A program made the position numbers and the translations under genes. Below the pieces are notes generated by a model. It had not been told where the DNA came from. It saw only the letters and a program-made list of their open reading frames with translations, and did no database searches. This document shows, one piece after another, positions 59,752 through 64,000 of a stretch of 64,000 bases of DNA. Source of the DNA: Bacteroidales bacterium (lineage in GTDB: Bacteria; Bacteroidota; Bacteroidia; Bacteroidales; VadinHA17). Within the stretch, counting starts at the first letter, position 1; the number at the start of each line of letters is the position of its first letter. The stretch covers positions 2,984 through 66,983 of the forward strand of contig JAVEZX010000001.1 of NCBI GenBank assembly GCA_034002785.1, read 5' to 3'.

Positions 59752-60801
59752 ATGAAACTATCTCAATTTAAGTACACGCTGCCCCAGGAACTGATCGCAC
59801 TTTATCCCTCTAAAAACAGGGATGAATCGAGGCTGATGGTAGTGCACAGGGATACCGGTGAGGTTGAGCACAGGGTTTTCAAGGACATAGTTGAGTATTT
59901 CAGGGAACAGGATGTGGTTGTTTTCAACAACACGAAAGTATTTCCTGCGAGGTTGTACGGGAACAAGGAGAAGACCGGGGCTGAGATCGAGGTCTTCCTG
60001 CTGCGGGAGTTGAACCGGGATCAGAGGCTCTGGGATGTTCTGGTTGATCCCGCGAGGAAAATCAGGATTGGCAACAAGCTCTACTTCGGGGAGGATGACC
60101 TGCTCGTAGCTGAGGTGATCGATAATACCACGTCGAGGGGCAGGACCCTTCGCTTCCTGTTTGACGGAACATATGAGGAGTTCAAGCAGACTCTCTATTC
60201 GCTCGGCGAGACTCCTCTGCCCAAGTTTATAAACAGGCCTGTTGAGCCCGAGGACAACGAGCGTTATCAGACAATCTTTGCGAAACATGAAGGTGCTGTG
60301 GCAGCTCCGACGGCCGGATTACATTTCAGCAGGGAGCTGCTCAAAAGGCTCGAGATTGTGGGTGTTGAGTTTGCAGAAATAACGCTGCATGTGGGACTGG
60401 GAAATTTCCGGAATGTGGATGTTGAGGATCTGACAAAGCATAAAGTTGATTCCGAGAGAATTCTTATCTCCGAGGAGGCAGCTGTGCTGATCAACAGGGC
60501 GAAGGAGAGAAAAAGCCGGGTTTGTGCAGTTGGAACAACTGTTATCAGGACGCTTGAGAGCTCGGTTTCGACGTCAGGATTGGTAAAGCCTTTCAACGGA
60601 TGGACCAACAAGTTCATCTTCCCGCCTTATGATTTCAAGGTTCCTGATATGTTGGTGAGCAACTTCCACCTGCCATATTCTACACTTCTGATGATGGTTT
60701 CTGCCTTTACCGGCTACAATCTTTTGTTTGAAGCATACCGCACAGCCGTCAAGGAGAAATACAGGTTCGGAACCTATGGAGATGCCATGCTAATACTCTA
60801 G
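59752..60801 (+). CDS. queA: S-adenosylmethionine:tRNA ribosyltransferase-isomerase
   Basis: [42 protein letters not shown] and [12 protein letters not shown]. Confidence 0.9.
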   Translation: MKLSQFKYTLPQELIALYPSKNRDESRLMVVHRDTGEVEHRVFKDIVEYFREQDVVVFNNTKVFPARLYGNKEKTGAEIEVFLLRELNRDQRLWDVLVDPARKIRIGNKLYFGEDDLLVAEVIDNTTSRGRTLRFLFDGTYEEFKQTLYSLGETPLPKFINRPVEPEDNERYQTIFAKHEGAVAAPTAGLHFSRELLKRLEIVGVEFAEITLHVGLGNFRNVDVEDLTKHKVDSERILISEEAAVLINRAKERKSRVCAVGTTVIRTLESSVSTSGLVKPFNGWTNKFIFPPYDFKVPDMLVSNFHLPYSTLLMMVSAFTGYNLLFEAYRTAVKEKYRFGTYGDAMLIL

Positions 60802-60850
60802 CATACAGGTGATAGCGACTCTGTAGCTCAAGTTAAAGTTTACATAGATT

Positions 60851-60882
60851 GTGCCGGCAAACAGTGCCGGCACTTTTATTTT
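60851..60882 (+). terminator. Rho-independent terminator of queA
   Basis: GTGCCGGC-AAACAGT-GCCGGCAC (perfect 8-bp stem) followed by TTTTATTTT. Confidence 0.75.
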
Positions 60883-60999
60883 ATCTGAAATTCAGGGTTT
60901 CAGTGATGAAAAGTTCTGCAATGAAGCAACCATTTCTCCGTTTCCTGAGTATAAGTATCGTGCAGAAGCTTGCCTCTCGGAAGGTTTTGTTACCATAGT

Positions 61000-63900
61000 A
61001 TGAGTATGTCTGAACATAATTTTTTCTTTAAAAACGTGCTTTCAAGTCGTTTTGATCATTCAATTTCAGCTTTGGAAGATGATGGATCAAGAACAGTATT
61101 TATCATCCGGCGGTTTGTTATCCAATTTCTTTTGCTTGTGGCCACAGTTTATCCTCTGTTGAGTCAGTCGGCAGGTGATTACAGAACAAATGGGAATGTT
61201 CAGTTTAACACACCGACAAACTGGCAGGTTTACGATGGCACCTCCTGGGTAGCGGCTTCATCTGACCCCGGGGCAGGAAGCGGATTGATTACTGTACGCA
61301 GTGGTCATATCGCAACACTGACTACATCGGAAACACTCGATCAACTTATAGTTGAGGCCGGAGGTACTCTGCGGATCAATAATTCAAGGACTCTCTACAT
61401 CGGTAACGGATCTGAGCCGTTCGATCTGGATGTTTACGGTACGGTAGACAATTATGGCAGCATTAACATAACATCAAATCCTGGTTCAGCAATCCGGTTC
61501 AATAATGACTCATTTTATAATCACAGGCTCAACGGTGGGACTATACCTGAGGCTAATTGGTTACTCAATTCAACATGTGCGATAGTAGCCGTATCCGGAA
61601 CTCTCCCGTCTGGACTAAACCAGATTTTCGGAAACCTGACATGGAATTGTCCCGGTCAGACTTCTGATATTGATATAAATACCAATCTGGATGTGGCCGG
61701 GGTCTTTACAATGGCGAACACCGGCAGCAGATACCTTCGAATAGCAACTTCCGGAAGTTATGTCGTTAACCTTGGAGGATACTCTCAGACTGGAGGAAGG
61801 CTGAATCTTGCTATTGGCGGTTTTACTTGTAATCTTAATCTGTCGGGTGATTTTAACTTTTCGGGAGGAAGTTTTCTGACAAGTGGCTCAGGGATTGGGA
61901 ATGTGAATTTCATAGGACCAGGAGTTCAGCGCTTCAACAGAACAGGGGGAAACTTTTCAAATACAAGACTGAATTATACTGTCTACAGCGGTGCGATCCT
62001 TGATATGGGTACAAGCATTATTGATGTTTCCGGACCATTTGTTGCAGCCGGGACATTCACACTAAACGATGGCGGTGGATTGATGCTTGGCGATCCTTAT
62101 GGAATAACATTGTCTGAAACCGGGATGACGGGAGGCAACATAAGGGTGATCGGAGCAAGGACTTTCAGTACAGCAGCTGATTACACCTATAACGGTAGTG
62201 TTGCACAGGAAACAGGAGACGGACTTCCGGCGACTGTTCGCAATTTTACCGTCAACAATCCTTCCGGGGTAACACTTACGGACGACCTGGACGTGACAGG
62301 CATCTTAACCATGCTCCAGGGTAATATCTCTGTTGCCGGCAACAGCTTTGTTCTCTCCAATAGCAGTGCTGCATCGCTGGCCTATATCTCAGGAACGGTA
62401 GTAGGCGCCTTCGAACGATACATCGCCCAGGCAATGCAGAGCTACCTCTTCCCGGTAGGTTCTGAAGTCAGAACGCAGTCGTTTATTGTCAGTTTTTCTG
62501 ACATGACACCTGGAAGCCTCTTGGTGGATTTCAGCGAAGGTGATCCGGGAAATGCCGGACTCCCACTGACGGACGACGGCTCTTATACAATAACTAATCA
62601 ATATACAACCGGATATTGGGTTGCTTTGTCCAAAAACTCCTTTGCTTCCTCGAATTATACCCTTGATCTCGATGCAACCGGATTTGGACCATACCCTGTA
62701 ACCGCAGGGACAAGAGGAATTCGCAGAAACGGTACAGATGACTGGACTCTTGACGGAACGCATTCAGGGGTTGCCGGATCGGTGGTAAGTCGGTCAGGAA
62801 TGACTCAGTCGTTCTCCTCCGCAATCGGTGGATCTCAATTTTGTATTGGAAAAACCGGGCCTTTTATAATTGCACAACCAGCCGATAAAACAGTATGCCC
62901 GGGCTCTTCTGACCCTTCACTGTTCCAGGTTACCGCAGTAGGATTTCTTCCGTTAAGTTATCAATGGTATAAAGATTCGGGAGAGATTCTGACTAATGAC
63001 GGTCATTTCGCCGGAGTCACTTCCTCAACCTTGAGTATCACCAATACTAGTATCGATGATGCGGGTGAATATTACTGTGTGGTTACTGACGGAAGGGGAG
63101 AGAGTATTATGACACGTCGGGCTATTTTACATGTGCCCCAGGTTACCTTTGGATTCAATTATTTCTCTGATATCTCTGTTAGTCAGGCTTCCGGGACACA
63201 GGACCTGACTGATTTTCCGGTATTGGTAGATATTACGCAGAGTTGGCTCAGAACCATTGGAAACGGTGGACATGTAACCAGCAACAATGGATACGACATT
63301 CTTTTTACTGATACCGAGAACGCCAAACTGGACCATGAGATTGAGTCTTATGATCCTGTGACAGGAAGGCTTGTTGCCTGGGTACGCGTTCCTGTTTTGT
63401 CCTCAGCAGGTCCCTCCTCAATCAGAATGTTATATGGTAATCCCGTTATTACAACGGATCCTTCCTCTGAGGCCACATGGATCAGCAGTTACAAGGGAGT
63501 ATGGCATCTCAGCAATAATGCAGTTAACGATGCCACCTCTTTCAATAATGACCTTACAAATAATGGTACCACAGACACACCAGGTCTGATTGAGGAAGCA
63601 AGGAATTTTGATGGCTACAATGACAATCTGAGAGCCATTACTACCACCGGATTTGGCGGAAATGCCTATAATCAGACAATAAGTGCCTGGGGCAGACATA
63701 CATCTTCACCTGATGGTACTAATAATATAATGGTTCTCCAGAGGGCAGGATCTACTTCAGCCATACAAATGGGTTTCAGGGAAGTTAGTGGATCGTACAG
63801 GGTTGTAGTGTGGAACTGGGGAGGAACGCCACTACTGTGGAGCAACTTTCTGCCTACTGCAAATGAGTGGCACTATTATTCATATACTTTTGACGGAACA

Positions 63901-64000
63901 ACTCACCGTTTGTATATAGATGGGGTCGAAGCCAGCACTTCAACTACTGCCGCAACACAGGGCGCGGTGCCCCAATTTGTGTATCTTGGAAGTTACAGTG
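61000..64000 (+). CDS. Partial CDS (more than 1000 codons, continues right of the window): giant cell-surface protein with a beta-helix-like N-region, Ig-like domain, DUF2341-like domain and LamG/ConA-like domain
   Basis: Absent from the ORF track because no stop occurs before the window end. My translation from ATG 61000 begins MSMSEHNFFFKN...RRFVIQFLLLVATVYPLLSQSAGDYRTNGNVQFN. The Ig-like segment is SYQWYKDSGEILTNDGHFAGVTSSTLSITNTSIDDAGEYYCVV (~62860..63135). The DUF2341-like segment is LTDFPVLVDIT...GYDILFTD...LDHEIESYDPVTGRLVAWVRVP...IRMLYGNP. The LamG-like segment is GVWHLSNN...ARNFDGYNDNL...WHYYSYTFDGTTHRLYIDGVE. The start could instead be an in-frame TTG slightly downstream. Confidence 0.75.
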   Translation, partial: MSMSEHNFFFKNVLSSRFDHSISALEDDGSRTVFIIRRFVIQFLLLVATVYPLLSQSAGDYRTNGNVQFNTPTNWQVYDGTSWVAASSDPGAGSGLITVRSGHIATLTTSETLDQLIVEAGGTLRINNSRTLYIGNGSEPFDLDVYGTVDNYGSINITSNPGSAIRFNNDSFYNHRLNGGTIPEANWLLNSTCAIVAVSGTLPSGLNQIFGNLTWNCPGQTSDIDINTNLDVAGVFTMANTGSRYLRIATSGSYVVNLGGYSQTGGRLNLAIGGFTCNLNLSGDFNFSGGSFLTSGSGIGNVNFIGPGVQRFNRTGGNFSNTRLNYTVYSGAILDMGTSIIDVSGPFVAAGTFTLNDGGGLMLGDPYGITLSETGMTGGNIRVIGARTFSTAADYTYNGSVAQETGDGLPATVRNFTVNNPSGVTLTDDLDVTGILTMLQGNISVAGNSFVLSNSSAASLAYISGTVVGAFERYIAQAMQSYLFPVGSEVRTQSFIVSFSDMTPGSLLVDFSEGDPGNAGLPLTDDGSYTITNQYTTGYWVALSKNSFASSNYTLDLDATGFGPYPVTAGTRGIRRNGTDDWTLDGTHSGVAGSVVSRSGMTQSFSSAIGGSQFCIGKTGPFIIAQPADKTVCPGSSDPSLFQVTAVGFLPLSYQWYKDSGEILTNDGHFAGVTSSTLSITNTSIDDAGEYYCVVTDGRGESIMTRRAILHVPQVTFGFNYFSDISVSQASGTQDLTDFPVLVDITQSWLRTIGNGGHVTSNNGYDILFTDTENAKLDHEIESYDPVTGRLVAWVRVPVLSSAGPSSIRMLYGNPVITTDPSSEATWISSYKGVWHLSNNAVNDATSFNNDLTNNGTTDTPGLIEEARNFDGYNDNLRAITTTGFGGNAYNQTISAWGRHTSSPDGTNNIMVLQRAGSTSAIQMGFREVSGSYRVVVWNWGGTPLLWSNFLPTANEWHYYSYTFDGTTHRLYIDGVEASTSTTAATQGAVPQFVYLGSYS

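Noticed and set aside
60906-60998. A 30-codon ORF (MKSSAMKQPFLRFLSISIVQKLASRKVLLP) ending 2 nt before the ATG of the giant surface-protein gene; a possible leader peptide.
   Set aside because: There is no supporting signal beyond its position. It is short and basic and could arise by chance, so I left it unannotated.
62389-63699. Minus-strand track ORFs (62389..62763, 62594..62824, 63127..63336, 63430..63699) and a plus-strand ORF (63371..63589, in a different frame) in a region otherwise shown as empty.
   Set aside because: The plus strand carries an uninterrupted 1000-codon frame with Ig-like, DUF2341-like and LamG-like motifs. It is absent from the track only because it has no stop inside the window.
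1-64000. Screening for CRISPR arrays, tRNA or rRNA genes, prophage or defence-island content, and large-scale repeats.
   Set aside because: I saw no short regularly spaced direct repeats, no cloverleaf-like conserved tRNA ends in the intergenic regions, and no phage, restriction or defence ATPase-nuclease genes. The only long nucleotide repeat found is the 255-bp IS-flanking duplication. This was a visual inspection only, so small RNAs could have been missed.

Overview
This 64-kb segment looks like a Bacteroidota chromosome. That placement is an inference from a SusC/SusD pair, T9SS type-A and type-B C-terminal sorting domains, DUF4249 and DUF3098 families, the ftsX-DUF3098-uppP-truB-queA block and TAnnTTTG promoter motifs. 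I count about 50 protein-coding genes and recognised no rRNA, tRNA or CRISPR array. From left to right the window holds: a partial 5'-nucleotidase-like gene; trkH with a KdpE/KdpD-like two-component pair; a T9SS type-B cargo protein with tandem repeats; a minimal susC/susD/lipoprotein locus whose susC 5' end is split by an IS1634-family element; a three-gene lipid-type operon; a GH20 hexosaminidase; a TonB-receptor/DUF4249/barrel-less Plug-protein cluster; nhaA; a 2H phosphoesterase; a GH106-like and GH28 pair; an FNR-type regulator and a solute-uptake operon converging on a Cache-PAS-CBS-DUF294 nucleotidyltransferase; then housekeeping genes (M16 peptidase, dNK, GH3-family, recO, rdgB, ilvE, ftsX, uppP, truB, queA) interleaved with two adenylate-cyclase/HD paralogs and a PorZ-like propeller protein; and finally a very large surface protein that runs off the right edge. 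The best candidate for an undescribed system is 33488..42566. It combines an FNR-like regulator with a perfect TTGAT-N4-ATCAA box, an expanded DUF4212 subunit, an SSS permease, a TPR-like membrane protein and a porin. These lie back-to-back with a metallophosphoesterase and a sensor carrying an intact DUF294 nucleotidyltransferase. The second highlight is the IS insertion, which is flanked by a perfect 255-bp target duplication. Two ORFs that run off the window edges are missing from the supplied ORF track (1..423 minus, 61000..64000 plus). All family assignments come from motif recognition by eye; no database search was run.
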